This document shows, in pieces, positions 1 to 18,216 of a DNA stretch of 64,000 nt. The translations under genes and the position numbers were made by a program. Numbering within the stretch: position 1 is the first letter of the stretch; each line of letters begins with the position of its first letter. The notes beneath the pieces are model-generated. The model saw only the letters and a program-made list of their open reading frames with translations, did not search any database and was not told the origin of the DNA. Origin of the DNA: the human T2T-CHM13v2.0 reference genome, Homo sapiens; the NCBI RefSeq assembly GCF_009914755.1, contig NC_060938.1, one strand, 5' to 3'.

Positions 1-890
1 GATTCCTCTAATTAACTTCAACTAGGGAGACTATTTATTTCCAATACACCTACATTTTTCCTGTTTTAATTATTTTCTCTAAGATCAAAGTTTTAAGATT
101 TCTTAAATATCAAATTATTTTGTTGCAGATAATAATAGATCAACTTTCACAGAAAACCTAAAAATGAGGCTAGCCTATCATTTATGCCGAGAAAAGCAGA
201 TATATTTCATGCAAATTGAAGAGTTTTTGTTGTCTTGTTCTTGTTCTGTTGTGTTTTTTAAGAGTTACCTGTCATCAGAATAATTATTTTTGGGTACTAA
301 CAATTTGGAAAATATCTTAGCTCTAATCGTATTGATCTGTTCCATATCACTATAAAATACATAGCTCTCTCAATCACCTGACTTTTTATAGCAGCCCTTC
401 AGTAGAGATTCATGATTTGTAGGAAACTGTTTCATCTAAATTTTATAATATTTTATTTAAGAAAATCTAGTTAAGTAGGATAGAAAAGAAGTGCTTAAAT
501 ACAGAGCAAATGTAAAGCATCAGACAAACTCACTGGAATCAGCATTATCTGGTACTTGTAATTCCTCACTTCAATAAAAAAACTTTGTATGACAATATTG
601 TAAATTAATCTCGTAATTATATGCTTATAATACAACATTACATATTTTGGTGAAAGCGCATTTTGAATCTAATTATAAGCAAAAATTTTGTAATTTATTT
701 TATATGTAGACATTACATTTGTATATAGGTAATCATAACCTTAAATTGACTCCTCTGTGCTTTTTATATTTAACTACAATTTTAATATAAGTCAAAAATT
801 ATGTGTGTAGTAACTTACTCTATTCATCCTTCAAAAGAGCAGAGTTCTAATGTTCTGTTGGGTGATTCTAGTGAGCATGTGGATTCTTAC

Positions 891-902
891 CACCCAAACT
901 TC
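891..902 (-). other. Candidate 12-nt microexon (GAAGTTTGGGTG) of an unidentified minus-strand host gene
   Basis: Minus strand reads ttttcttttccatgctc-(T-rich ~27 nt)-atgtAG|GAAGTTTGGGTG|GTAAGA. The pyrimidine tract is long and AG-free and is not attached to an Alu or L1. The donor is strong and the length is divisible by 3. Confidence 0.55.
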
Positions 903-2295
903 CTACATAAAAAGAGAAAAAAAAAAAAAAAAGAGCATGGAAAAGAAAACCTAAGGCACTCAAGCATCTAACTTTATATATGAACAAGCAAAGTCTACTA
1001 AGCCTTCTTGAATTCTTGGCCAATTATTGTTCACTTCTTGTAAGAAATAAAAAATATGGTTTTAGTAATTATTTTTTTATTTCAAATATAAGATGTTTTC
1101 CTTGACCTTTTAAAATTTTATAAAGTTTTCTTCATTGTTAGTTTAGCGATATTTTGAGAAAATAGAATGGCTTTATTTAACCTTCTAGAGGCTCTTTTCC
1201 GAATGAGATCTGTAAAAAACAAAGTCGGAATTATTATTTTGAAAGCCTAATATACAGTTAGTGTAGCAAAAAAATAAATATTAAAGAAATAGGTGCATTA
1301 CAATAACTTTATTCACACTGAGAAAAATTTATTTTAGCAATAATGATTACCTAATTCTATGCAAATGTGTTTAAACAGTATTTACAACCAAGAAGTCTAA
1401 AATTCCCCTTCAACTCTGATGGAAATTCAGTGTCTAGACAACAATTTTTGTTCTTTCTCACATTTGGCAAATGTTTGGCTTTGTAGATTATTAAAAATCC
1501 ACTTTATCAATTTGAAAAAAAACCAACTGTTTTAGAAAAGATGCTTTTAAATAAGTATAAAGTAAAATTGATTCATCTTTTTTGTTAGATTAATTCAGGA
1601 AAATAGGATATTTCCCAAGAATATTAGAGAAAAACACTTGTTACAGTGTTAAAGATTTATCTCTTTATAAATTCAAAACTTACTTTATAAAATTGATTAT
1701 TTTATATATAGACATATATATTTATATGTTTATAGGGATGTGTATATATGCACATAACAGGCTAACTTAGATTACAATGCATATTTGAGTTGATTTGATT
1801 CAACAGACTGAAATACTGAGGATAGATATATAGCGAATATTTATAATTAACATCTATTACTTGCTGGGTATTCATCTAGAAATCTCTTTCATTTTCCCCA
1901 TGACACATAAGCACAATTTTAAGACGTACTCTGTCATTCTGAAAGTAAGTTTCTCAAAAACAGTGTGAGCAAATTCAGAGAAAATTAGCCAATAATGCTT
2001 TGTATTTGTGTTCTAAATTAAATTCTAATGGTATATACTTATTTTGCCACATATCAAGTACTTGAGACAAGACAATGCCAACCCTCCTCCCAAATTTTAC
2101 TATATTTTAATAATGGCAATATAATTTAAAGTTTTGCTTTTTTTTCACACCTCTAAATTTTGTAAAGTGAAATCAGAACACAGGAGATAAATATAAATAT
2201 AGATATATTAAAATTAGTCCTAATTAATGCTCGTCATTTTGGGATCTCTGTCTCCAAAGGATGAAGAGGAATGCCTTATAAAGTCTATGAATAAT

Positions 2296-3243
2296 TGTGA
2301 AGGTTAATTTTATGTGTCAATTTGGCTGGGCCATGGTGCACTTATATGTAGCTAAACATTATTCTGAATGTTTCTGTGAAGGTATTTTTGGATGAGATTA
2401 GCATTTAAATTGGTGGACTTTGAGTAAGGCAAACTGCTCTTCATAATGTGGGTGAGCCTCATCCAATCAGTTAAAGGACTGAATACAACAAAAACTGATC
2501 TCCCTAGAACAAGAGGAAATTCTGCCAGCAGATCTTTGGACTTGAACTGCAGTATCAGCTCTTCTCTGTGTCTTTAGCCTAATGGCCTTCAGGCTTGAAG
2601 TACAGCATCACATTTTCCTGGATTGCCAGTCTGCCAGCCAACTCTGCAGATCTTGGACTTGCCAGGCTTCATAATCACATGAGCCAATTCTCTGAAAATA
2701 AATCCCTTTTCATACATACAGTAGTTTCCATTTATGTGTGGGGGATATGTTCCAAAACCCCTAGTGGATACCTGAAACCACGGTATGTTATTTCCTGTCT
2801 CTATATATACATATATACCTGAGATAAAGTTTAATTTATAAGTTAGCTACATGACATTTGTGCTGTGAGGCTACTATTGTGTAAAATAAAAGTTACTTGA
2901 ACACAAGCACTGTGATACCCCAACAGTGGATCTGAGAACTGAGATGACCACTAAGTGACTAATGAGTGGGAAGTAGAAACAGGATGGATGCACTGGACAA
3001 AGGGTTGACTCATATCCAGAGCTTGATGGAGCAGATGGCCCAAGATTTCATCATGGTATTCAGAATGGTGTGCAATTTAAAATATATGAATTGTTTATTT
3101 CTGAAATTTTTCATTTAATATTTTTGGACTCTGGTTGACCACAGTTAACTGAAACCAGGGAAAGTAAAACGGCAGCTAAGGGGACTATTGTATACATACA
3201 CATCCTATTTGTTCTGCTTCTCTGGAGAGCCCTTACAAACACA
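2296..3243 (+). mobile_element. MLT2-family ERVL solo LTR interrupted by a MER44 insertion
   Basis: Starts tgtgaaggttaattttatgtgtcaa; contains ctcatccaatcagtt and catgagccaattc; the 3' end (ctatt..gttctgcttctctggagagccc) resumes after 3192. Confidence 0.85.
2719..3190 (-). mobile_element. MER44 (Tigger7-derived TcMar DNA transposon)
   Basis: TIRs cagtagtttcc / ggggactattg flanked by TA on both sides (2717-2718, 3191-3192). The reverse complement resembles the MER44 left arm (ggtttcagttaactgtggtcaacc...aaatattaaatg). Confidence 0.85.
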
Positions 3244-3617
3244 CACATCCAAATAGGAGTAACTCTTGTTTTATATGCTCTTTGAAGTTTTATATGCTCT
3301 TTGAAAACATCAAATTTTTTTAATCTTTGCATTTCCAAAACTTAACTCATTGCCGAACATAGAATCAAGCCTTAATAAATGTTGAAAAAAATACAGTTAT
3401 AACACACTAATAATATTCTTGTGTTAAAGAAAATCATTCTGATCAAAAAGCCATTAATTAGAGCAATTCAGCAATGCTGAATACAGAAGACACTGCTGCT
3501 AAGCATGATAGCTTTAGGCTTTGGAGCCATGTAGAATTGAGTTTGAAGTCAGGCTTTACTTTGAGAAATTCACTAAGCCTTCATTTTTCATCTGCATCAT
3601 GGGTTTTCAATATCTAT

Positions 3618-4075
3618 TCTAGTGGACATTTTATGTTTGCCCAGAATCTTTTAAACATCCTTCCTAGATTTGGGGGTTCTCCACATCCTAAGTTTCATGT
3701 TTGTAAGAGAGACAAATATCATTTTCCCAGCCTCCATTGCAGGTGGAATACTGACATGTGACATGGGTTTTTCCCACCGCTGTATGAAACTTTGAATTTG
3801 AAGAGAATGACTCAAGAAAAGTGGCTCCCCATAGAATCACTGCGATGAGGATGGCAGGAGGTGTTTATGCTCCAGAGACAGCACTGGCAGAGGTCCAGGA
3901 TCTAGATATTGGCAGAGTGTGTCAAATCTCTGTACCTGCTATATCCAACTGTGGTGTGATTTTAATTACATCAAAATGTGAATTGTTGGCCTCTCCAAAG
4001 ATTCTGTGTAATAATTTAATGAATCCTTTTTCCACTTAAACTAGCAAAAATGGGTTATCTTGCCTATGATGGAGA
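3618..4075 (+). mobile_element. LTR33-like ERVL LTR, apparently inside a MIR
   Basis: ttcccagcctccattgcag...catgtgac and 3' ccttttt.cacttaaactagc motifs; MIR-like sequence on both flanks. Boundaries are approximate. Confidence 0.55.
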
Positions 4076-5738
4076 TGGTTACTTACATATACCTTACAAC
4101 TACACTACGAATTAGAATATGTGCAGAGTGCCTAGGAGAATTCCTGTTATAGAGTAGGGTCACAGCATTTTAATGCACTGTGTTACTTAAGCTTTCTACA
4201 ACTGAAGTTTTTCTTCAAAGTTTTTCTTCAATGTTTTTATTCCAGTTTTTGGTAAGCTTCTGCAAGTTATGTGTAAAAATGTGCACAGTGTCAGTAATAT
4301 TAGATGCTATTAGAAAGTGTATCTACTAAGTAAGTATACAGAGAAGTTCCTTATAAAGTCGGACTGATAACAAAAATGTCTAGAAATTGTTAAAGTTTTA
4401 GAAATTAATCAGACTGTACACTGTATTTTTATTTGTTCTCGTCGAAGAATGTATTTTGTGCTTTGAATGAGAAATGCTCCAAGAAACCTTGTATAACTAT
4501 AGGATGAATACGCCAAGTCACAAAGAGATCTATATCAAATATTTTGAGATACCTTCCCAACCACCTAAGTTTCAGCTTATGCCTTCAGCATAAGGCAAAA
4601 ATAAAACGAATAAATAAGTCTGTTTCATGCTTGGAGAACAAGAAGAAACAATATTTTCAAAATTAAATCCTGCATTTGATTTACAAAAAGCAAACAACAA
4701 CAACAAAAACAATGAGTGGTATGTGGAAGGCACTCAGTTATTTTAAGCCACAAGTCAGACTACCTTAGACTTAGAATTAGTAGAGGTTAATTAAAAAAAA
4801 AACGATAAGATGGATGGATAAAAGGAAAGATTTTAAAAAGCACTCCACAATCCCTTTCCCACAGGCTTAATTCAGTTTAGGTGAGGAAATTATATGAACC
4901 AGTTTGTTCACTGAAAAAAATATTCATTGAGTTTCTCCTCTGTGTCAAACAAAGCAAATAATAGGTTCGCCACTCCACTTGACACTTAGGGATAACAGTC
5001 TGCTCTTCCTAAACATCCTCAGAAAAGCTTATGTGTATTCAGATGAAGAGAAGTGAAGCAAAATAACCAGGTGGGGGTAAAAAGGCAGTTTTTGTTTGCA
5101 TGCCTGCTGCTTTTGTGTCTTTAAGTACTACAAGTACTGTCCTTGAGCAGACAATGCTTTGAAAGATGGGCTGCAAACTTAAATGGGCAGCAACAATACT
5201 AGTCTTATTCTGCCTGAATAAATCAAAATTGCATTCCAATCAAATTTCATACTAACAAAATACCCTTTATGCCTACTCTAATGTGTGAGAAAAAGAGAAT
5301 CAGAAAAAGAATGCTTATTTTCCACAAAACTAATGTCTCCCTCAAACTGAATCCCACTCTTCTGTACCTTTTAAAGAATCGGTGTCATTTAAAAGGGACA
5401 AGTGTGTAAGGAATAAGAAGCCTATACACTTTACTAAGCATCTTCAATGCTTTCAGGAAGAGTCTGCATTACCTTGGTGGTGTAGAGATATTTTGTGTCT
5501 TAGAACAGTGCCTGGCGTTCAGAATGGGTCAATACATGTCTAAACAACATAAATACAACAGTTTTTAGTTTTAGCAATCTAGCATACTTTCATCATTCTA
5601 ACTCAAAATTTCCAAGGATATTTGCTAAGAAACAACATTTATATATTACATATACACATATTGAATCCTTATCAACATCACTAATTAAAACCACCAAAAG
5701 TAACTTGATAAGAAACCCTTCTATAAATATAACGGCCA

Positions 5739-6011
5739 CATTTTAGGAGGCTGTGGCAGAGGATCACTTGAGGCTAGGAATTAAAGGCCGACCTGGGCAA
5801 CATAACAAGACCTCGTCTCTACTAAAAAATGTTTAAAAAAAAAAAAAAAAGTAGCCAGATATGGTAGTGCATGTCTGTCATCTCAGCTACCTGGGAGGCT
5901 GAGGTGGGTGGATTGTTTAAGCCCAGGAGTTTGAGGCTGCAGTGGGCTGTAAGTGCACTACTGCACCACAGCCTGGGTGACAGAATGAGACCTTGTCTCA
6001 AGAAAAAAAAA
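5739..6011 (+). mobile_element. AluJ, 5'-truncated
   Basis: Dimeric Alu with gatcacttgagg, gcccaggagtttgaggctgcagtg (J-type) and an A tail. Confidence 0.9.
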
Positions 6012-6439
6012 GTGGCCAATTCTACAATTTGAGTGTCAAATAAAAATCATAATTTAAAAATTAAAATTTCAAAATATTAAATACATGTTTAAAACAAAAA
6101 AAAAATCACAGATAGCATCTGCTTACAAAATAACTGAAAATGTGGCCATTAAAATTCCTCCTTTGGAAGGTAACTCTACTATGCACAAATTAAGGGGCAG
6201 ACTCCCAAACTCACAGTAATTCCCAGAGTGACAATTCACACACCCCTATCATTTTGAAGAACCAATTTTCTTCTCCATCAACACTCCTCAAATTAGGTCT
6301 AAAGGGATGTGCGGCATGACACTTTTTCCCTAGTACACACTAGATTGGCTTACAAGTGGATTCATGATCCACCAGGGTAAGTAGTAATACATCACATCCC
6401 AGGTCTCTATGACTGCTCCGTGACAATGATTGACAAACT

Positions 6440-6856
6440 TTCCTGAGACTGAAAAATCAGCTGTTAAATATACAGCTTTCTAGGTCCTTTTTCTGGAGAT
6501 TCACACCCATTGAGTCTGAGATGGGGCCTAGCAATTCTTTTTTTCAAACAGGTACCCCAAGTGAGTTTTCTGATCAGGAAATTTTGAAATGTCATACTCA
6601 AAAGCAGTGGTTCTCAAACTTTGCTGGGGGAATTTAAAATTCCAAATGTCCAGGCTGGAATCTATAGGAGTAGGAAGCATACATCAGTATTATTTTTTTT
6701 ATATTCTGAGGATCACCAGCACCAGCCACATTTGAGAGCTTGTTAGAAATGCAAAATCTCAGATTCTACCCTCACCTATCTAAGCTTCCCAAGCAGAATG
6801 TGTATTTTAAAAAGCTCCAAGGTGATTATATGCACATTAAAGTTTGAGAAGCACTG
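6440..6856. mobile_element. Cluster of MER5-family (hAT-Charlie) fragments
   Basis: TIR pair cagtggttctcaaact (6605) / agtttgagaagcactg (6856); cttgttagaaatgcaaaatctcag core; a further MER5B-like piece at ~6440-6595. No 8-bp TSD, so probably composite. Confidence 0.7.
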
Positions 6857-6874
6857 TTAGGAATGAAATTCTGA

Positions 6875-7193
<319 letters not shown>

Positions 7194-8792
7194 AATAGTT
7201 TTTCTACACTGAGCTGGGAAAAACTTTTCTGGTGGTGAAGGTGGAAGGATATGAGGCCAGCAGCAGTCACTTCTAGCATTCCCATGATTTCCTCATATGA
7301 GTTGATGAGAAAAATATCTTTTTCTTGCAAACAAAAAAGTACTAATTCAGTAAACTTCTTTTAAAACCATCTGCATTCAATTCAAAAAATTAATGTGTCA
7401 TAGTGAATGGCTGAGGCCCCTTCTAAGATTTAAGCTTTAAAAGTCCGTAGTTGTTTAAAATTTAATTAACTTATTTGCATTTACATTCTCTCTCTTGTAA
7501 TTTCCTGTCATTTCAAAATGCTCATGTAACTGTGTGGTCTTTTCGTACATTATTGAGGTTCTTAAAGTGTACATTTTCTTAAAGTGTACTTCTCTGTGCA
7601 TCACCCTATTTACCAGCCCAATAGGAGACAGCAACAATAATTGTGAGAGCACGCTTTTGTTCGGTGGCATAAATGGATATATAATTATACGAAAATACCA
7701 AATATTTTTAAAATTTCAGAGAAAATTAGAGACCCTAATTGTTGCAAGAGCAAAAATATGGATGATGAAGAAATGTAAGTGGGTTGGTCTATTACTGTAA
7801 CCTAAAACTGAATAACATTGGTAAGCAATTTTCAAATGATTTAATTCAAGTAGAAAATTATTTGAAGGAGAACGGTGGTACAATTCTTTGGTGAGCAACT
7901 TCTGTGGGCCAGAGTTACCTTAGGACCTGGAAGAAGTTATGACAAAGTAGTCAGCAAGCCACCTAGGGTCTCAACCAGAGACTTGAACTTTGCCCAGAAA
8001 CCTCACTAAAGATTGGAAAACACGTCTACCTGAGCGAATGAAAAAAAAGAAAACTTCTACATCCAATTGAAGAGTGGGAGAGTGAAGCAGTGTAGCTTCC
8101 ACATGTTTTCCTGGTCTAAAAGTCCCTGATGGCCGGGGTTCTGGAGGCAGCTGTGAGAACCTTCTACCTGTGTGCCTCAGTGACGTTAACAAAGCCCCAG
8201 CCAATGGTTCTTGTGCCAGCCCACCCCTCACATCCCTGAGAGGGCTCATCAGTTTCACATTAACAATTTATAACAATATTTCCCCTTCTCCAAGAAAGGA
8301 CTTGCTGTTTCATCTTCCAAAAATATCCATACATTGTGTCTCTGGGACCCAAGACTTTTATGAAATAGGATGCATCACATATCGTCTTTAAAAGGCATTT
8401 TTCTCCAGACACATAAAGAGTTTTTGCTTGTTTGTTTGCTTTGTTTTGTTTTCCACACAGAGACAAAAAGAATGAAGATCAGATCATCCAACTGAACACA
8501 AGTGGTTCTGCTTACAGATGAAACCCCAGTAGCCAGTGTCAAGCTTGGCAAACAAGAGGATCTCATTGTGTGCTATTTTGCTTTATTTATTTATTCTTTC
8601 CTTTCTTTTTCAGATTATTGCTTATCTTTAAATAACTTTGTATCAACATATAATGTTGACAGTTGCTTAATTTAAATCAGTAAAATCAACACCATAAGAA
8701 ATTTGAGTCTTCTACACCACATTCTTTTAAATCACAGATTCCCCTAAATAATTGTTGATATGCTTTTAATATTAATAACATTTAAAATTTCA

Positions 8793-12654
<3,862 letters not shown>

Positions 12655-14044
12655 AAAATTTCAGGAATTGCACCCTTCAGTGAAGAAATGTATCAACATT
12701 TTACCATATTTTAAAAGTATCATCCCTTGTTTCTCATTTCTGTATCTGGGAGAAAATAGATGCATTGCCTTATCACCTTATCTTACAAAAAAGGGAGGCA
12801 CTTTGATGTCTCTCCTGATATCCATCATAGCTCTCCCAAAAGATGAGAACAATAAAGGCCAAATGACATATTTTGCACAATCCAAAGCCTCAATTCATTC
12901 TACACGCCTTGGTTTAGAATCCAAATCGCTAATTTCAATTAAGATTGTCCACAGACAATCTTAATCAAACCATTACTCACTTCCCAGGAAAAACCCAGAA
13001 CAGTTATAAAATAGAACATTATTTTTTCTACTACCCCAAAAAATAGTTAAATCTGTGAAATTCCCAGCTTTTTAAATGTATGACCTTATTATCGCAGGAA
13101 CAGTGAGTAGAATTAACAGTCTTGATTAACTTCTGATGTTTATTTTTGCTTCTCTTTCATGCAACTGAACATTATACAAAATTTTATTTAAGGATTTAGA
13201 TAATTGTGTTTATTTAATATTTCTGTGTTATTGGCATATTGTTTTCTACCCCTTGGGGTAGAAACTGGTCCTGCTTCCTTGAATCTGAAAAGCCCCTGTA
13301 GGTGAAAACATAATAATTATTAACAAGACATGATGGCTACATAACAAGCAAGTACCTGCCTCTATCTTACTGTTAACTGTAAGAATCAATTCAGTAAGAA
13401 ACTGGAAAACATACACTATGTTCTGAGGATATTATTTACCACCCATCAAATGTAATTATTCTCTTAAATATGTTTCTGGGATTTTAAAATTGCTAGAAGT
13501 TTTTTTCCAATACCTTGAAAGCTTTTCAGTCTTCATATTTAGGCAAAATAATATTTTAAACATACTTTCTAATAATAACAAGGAAAAGCATAATTATAAC
13601 TTCAGGTAAATATCTCCTTTGTTCACAGTGCTCAACACATTGTCATATTTATAGGGAGCTCGAAATATTTTGTTGATTACTTAACCTTTGAATAGCAGAT
13701 GTTAGGAAGGAGAAAGAAACAAAAACAAAAGCAATAACTACTGGCACTGAAGTATTATGACATGCCTCAATGCATTCAAAGATGTAGGCTTTGAGAGTTG
13801 CCATCTTGGACAGGCTACCCAGGAATATCATAGGTAAATTGCATATTTAGTATCATACAATATCAGATATGGGATTGAACTTAGAAATCATATAGTTTAG
13901 ATTTATTATATAGATAAAGAAACTGGAATCTAGCAAAGTGAGTGGATGCATAGCCCACAGAGTTGTATTCATGACAGAGGGCAGGGTAGACTCAAGCACT
14001 CCTGACTCCCACTCAGTGTATGAGTGTTCTCCTTTGAAGACCAC

Positions 14045-14706
14045 TGTATTGGAAATCCCCAAGATCCTCTTAAGTTCAATGATTTGCTGAAAGAACCTAC
14101 AGAGCTCATGTAAGCTATTGTAATCACAATTGCAGTTTATTACAGAAAAAATAATACACATGAAAATCTGCAAAGGAATAGGTGAACAGTAGAGTTCAGG
14201 AGAGACCAGGCATAAGCTTCCTGTTGTTCTCTCCTCACAGAGTCATACAGACAGACAGTGCTAAATTCTCCCAGCAAACATGCACAGAGTATTGCCAACA
14301 AGGGAAGCTCAGCTGAGCTGCAGTGTCCAGGGATATTTTGCAGGATCTGTCCCATAGGCATAGAGCACCAGTGTGACTGACCTGATTAATTCCATTGCCA
14401 GCCCCTCCAGAAGTCAAACTCATGCAATGTGACTCAAAGTCCCCACCAAAAATCATATTGTTAACACAAATTCTTTAGGCTGGCTCAGGGCCACAGGTAA
14501 AACAAAGCAAAACAACAAAAAACAAACAAACAAACAAAACACCCTTCAAGCAGGGAATTCAAAGGATTTAGAGATTATCTTCCAGAAGCAGATAAAGGAC
14601 TAGTTCTTTCTTTGGAGTGTGCAGGGTTTTAACAACCAAAACCCACGGAGTTAACCTTTTACTGAACCGTGAGCACCCAAAACCTGCTGATTTAACTCTT
14701 TTCTAC
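14045..14706 (-). mobile_element. MER21C-like LTR
   Basis: ccccaagat...gtttattacag, agggaagctca, cagcccctccagaagtcaa and ctttctttggagtgtgcagggttt motifs. Confidence 0.75.
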
Positions 14707-14814
14707 TTATCAATGTTAAAGGCTGCATTCTTAAGTCCCCAAAATCTATTGGTTTTGATGATATGCTTTAGGAGACCTTTAATTTTTGTAAGATTATCAT
14801 CCAACAAACTATTT

Positions 14815-15920
<1,106 letters not shown>

Positions 15921-16228
15921 CTATTTAAATAAAAAGGATTCGATGAAACTACAGGAAGAGGTAGCTTTCACTGCTAGAGAGGTGTGATCCTTACAGGCCT
16001 GAATGAAGACAAATTGCTTGGGCTTTCTTTGTTGTCCAGTATATCCTGAAATTGATTTAGAAAAGACAGAAGTTTCGAAATAGAACTCAGGAGGATCATC
16101 AGCTCCAGTTTTTAATACTGTAAAAGAGTAGAAGTAGGATCTCTGGAAACACACCTAGAAGAATGTGCTTGCTTCAAAATGTAATTTACAAAGTTATATG
16201 TTCTAATCTTCGCTTCTTAGAATATTAC

Positions 16229-16434
16229 TAGGGACATAATAGTACATTTAACAACCCAGTTCTCCAGGGGTGGTAAAACTCTGATTTGAAGCATTTGCTG
16301 ATTTCTGTGGTGTAAATATTCCCACCACGGCCAATGTCAAGCTATAAATGTAAGGTCACTGATTGTGAAAGGGGAGAGAAATGTACGTAATGGGCTCTTG
16401 AAAATCCATATGAACCTGCTCCACTACAACACTG
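16229..16434 (-). mobile_element. MER63-like hAT DNA transposon
   Basis: tttctgtggtgtaaata core shared with the copy at 24.2 kb; 8-bp TSD aatattac/gatattac. Confidence 0.65.
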
Positions 16435-17360
16435 GATATTACCAAGTAAGTTAGGCCTAACTGTTTCTAAGGTTTCAATGTTTAACTATCTGTTATAGAC
16501 TATATATTTCCTATAGCAAATGTATCCTCAACCATCATTACTGTTCATAACTGTATTTTTGGCTTTTAATCTCACTTGCACAATAAAATTTGCTTTGGCT
16601 CAATATATTACAATTGATATTCCTGTAAACTGTAATATTTTCTTCATGTGTGTTATATTTTTAACAGACAGGTAGATAAAACATTTTTAATGAGATCCAA
16701 GTTTAAATTTGACCTTTGGGATTTGGGTTATCTAGGAGTGGTCAATATCATCATGTCTAAAAGTACTTAGAATAAATGTCTCATGTATTATTAAGTTTGC
16801 TGCCAAAGAAATAAAAGGATGGGAGCGACAGAAGTGCAATAGTGGAGCGGTATATTCAGAAAACATTTTACATTATCAAATTACTTAGTTAAATGGAGGT
16901 AGTCATTGAGAAAATTCTTGTATCTAGCATAGAAATTTAACTGCCTAGGAAAGAATAAAACCCAGAAAACCATAAAAATGAAGAGCAATTTGGGACCAAG
17001 GCCAGGACTCAGATTCTCTTTCTGTTTGCTGATGTCCCTAATTAGTTTTTCAATTCCTTAATAGGATAGGATTGGTGGTTAAACAATGGCTTCAAATAAT
17101 TGCAAACATTATAATCAGTTATGCATGCACCAAGCAGGTCAATACATTAATAACTACTATAAATTTTATACTATTATTTTTGTTCCTCATTCATTTGTTC
17201 CAATTTTCTAGTAAAATAATTCCATGCAGGTGTTGCTAATTTAGAATAACCTAAAGTGAAAATAGCAAATGTTGCTTGGGTGCCAATCAAAAGACTCTCA
17301 AATACACTATTGGTACTTAATAGCTTGAAAGCTATTAACATGTCTGCAGTTAAGAAGATA

Positions 17361-17990
17361 GTGGCCCAGCAGCCGCCCCATCTGGGAGATGGGGGGCGCC
17401 CCTGCCTGGCAGCCACCCCATCTGGGAGGTGGGGGGGCGCCCCCACCCGGCAGCCACCCCGTCTGGGAGGTGTACCCAACAGCTCATTGAGAAGGGGCCA
17501 TGATGACGATGGCGGTTTTGTCAAATAGAAAAGGGGGAAATGTGGGGAAAAAAAAGAGAAATCAGATTGTTACTGTGTCTCTGTAGAAAGAAGTAGACAT
17601 AGAAGACTCCATTTTGTTCTGTACTAAGAAAAATTCTTCTGCCTTGGGATGCTGTTAATCTATAACCTTACCCCCAACCCTGTGCTCTCTGAAACATGTG
17701 CTGTGTCAACTCAGGGTTAAATGGATTAAAGGCGGTGCAAGATGTGCTTTGTTAAACAGATGCTTGAAAGCAGCATACTCCTTAAGAGTCATCACCACTC
17801 CCTAATCTCAAGTACCCAGGGACACAAACACTGCGGAAGGCCTCAGGGTCCTCTGCCTAGGAAAACCAGAGACCTTTGTTCACATGTTTATCTGCTGACC
17901 TTCCCTCCACTATTGTCCTATGACCCTGCCAAATCCCCCTCTCCGAGAAAAACCCAAGAATGATCAATAAATACTAAAAAAATTTAAAAA
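17361..17990 (+). mobile_element. 5'-truncated SVA (older A/B-type): about 3 VNTR units, SINE-R and poly(A)
   Basis: VNTR units cagcc(g/a)cccc(a/g)tctgggag; SINE-R tgtacccaacagctcattgagaa...; AATAAA at 17966; short TSD aagata at 17355-17360 and 17991-17996. Confidence 0.95.
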
Positions 17991-18085
17991 AAGATAAAAA
18001 AACATAATGTCATTAGTTTATGACCAATTAACATGAAAACTAAATTTAAAAATAAACACATTAGTGGAATTTAAAATTTTATTAT

Positions 18086-18216
18086 TTGTTTATTTTTTAG
18101 AGACCCAGGTCTTCCTATGTTGCCCAGGCTGATCTCAAACTCCTGGGCTCAGGCGATTCTCCTGCTTCAGCCTCCTGAAGTGCTGGGATTACAGATGTGA
18201 GCTACCACGCCTGGCC
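18086..18216 (-). mobile_element. FLAM_C-like free Alu monomer
   Basis: About 130-bp single left arm ending cgcctggcc. Confidence 0.85.

Noticed and set aside
3268-3305. 19-bp tandem duplication (similar ones near 4205, 18767, 22952 and 33408)
   Set aside because: Ordinary slippage duplications with no shared motif.
7919-7926. 8-nt minus-strand AG..GT segment (and a 20-nt one at 24437-24456)
   Set aside because: Short pyrimidine tracts, not frame-preserving, and expected by chance in AT-rich DNA.
8420-8615. Strong + strand acceptors at 8460 and 8613
   Set aside because: Derived from simple T-rich repeats, with no good paired donor nearby.
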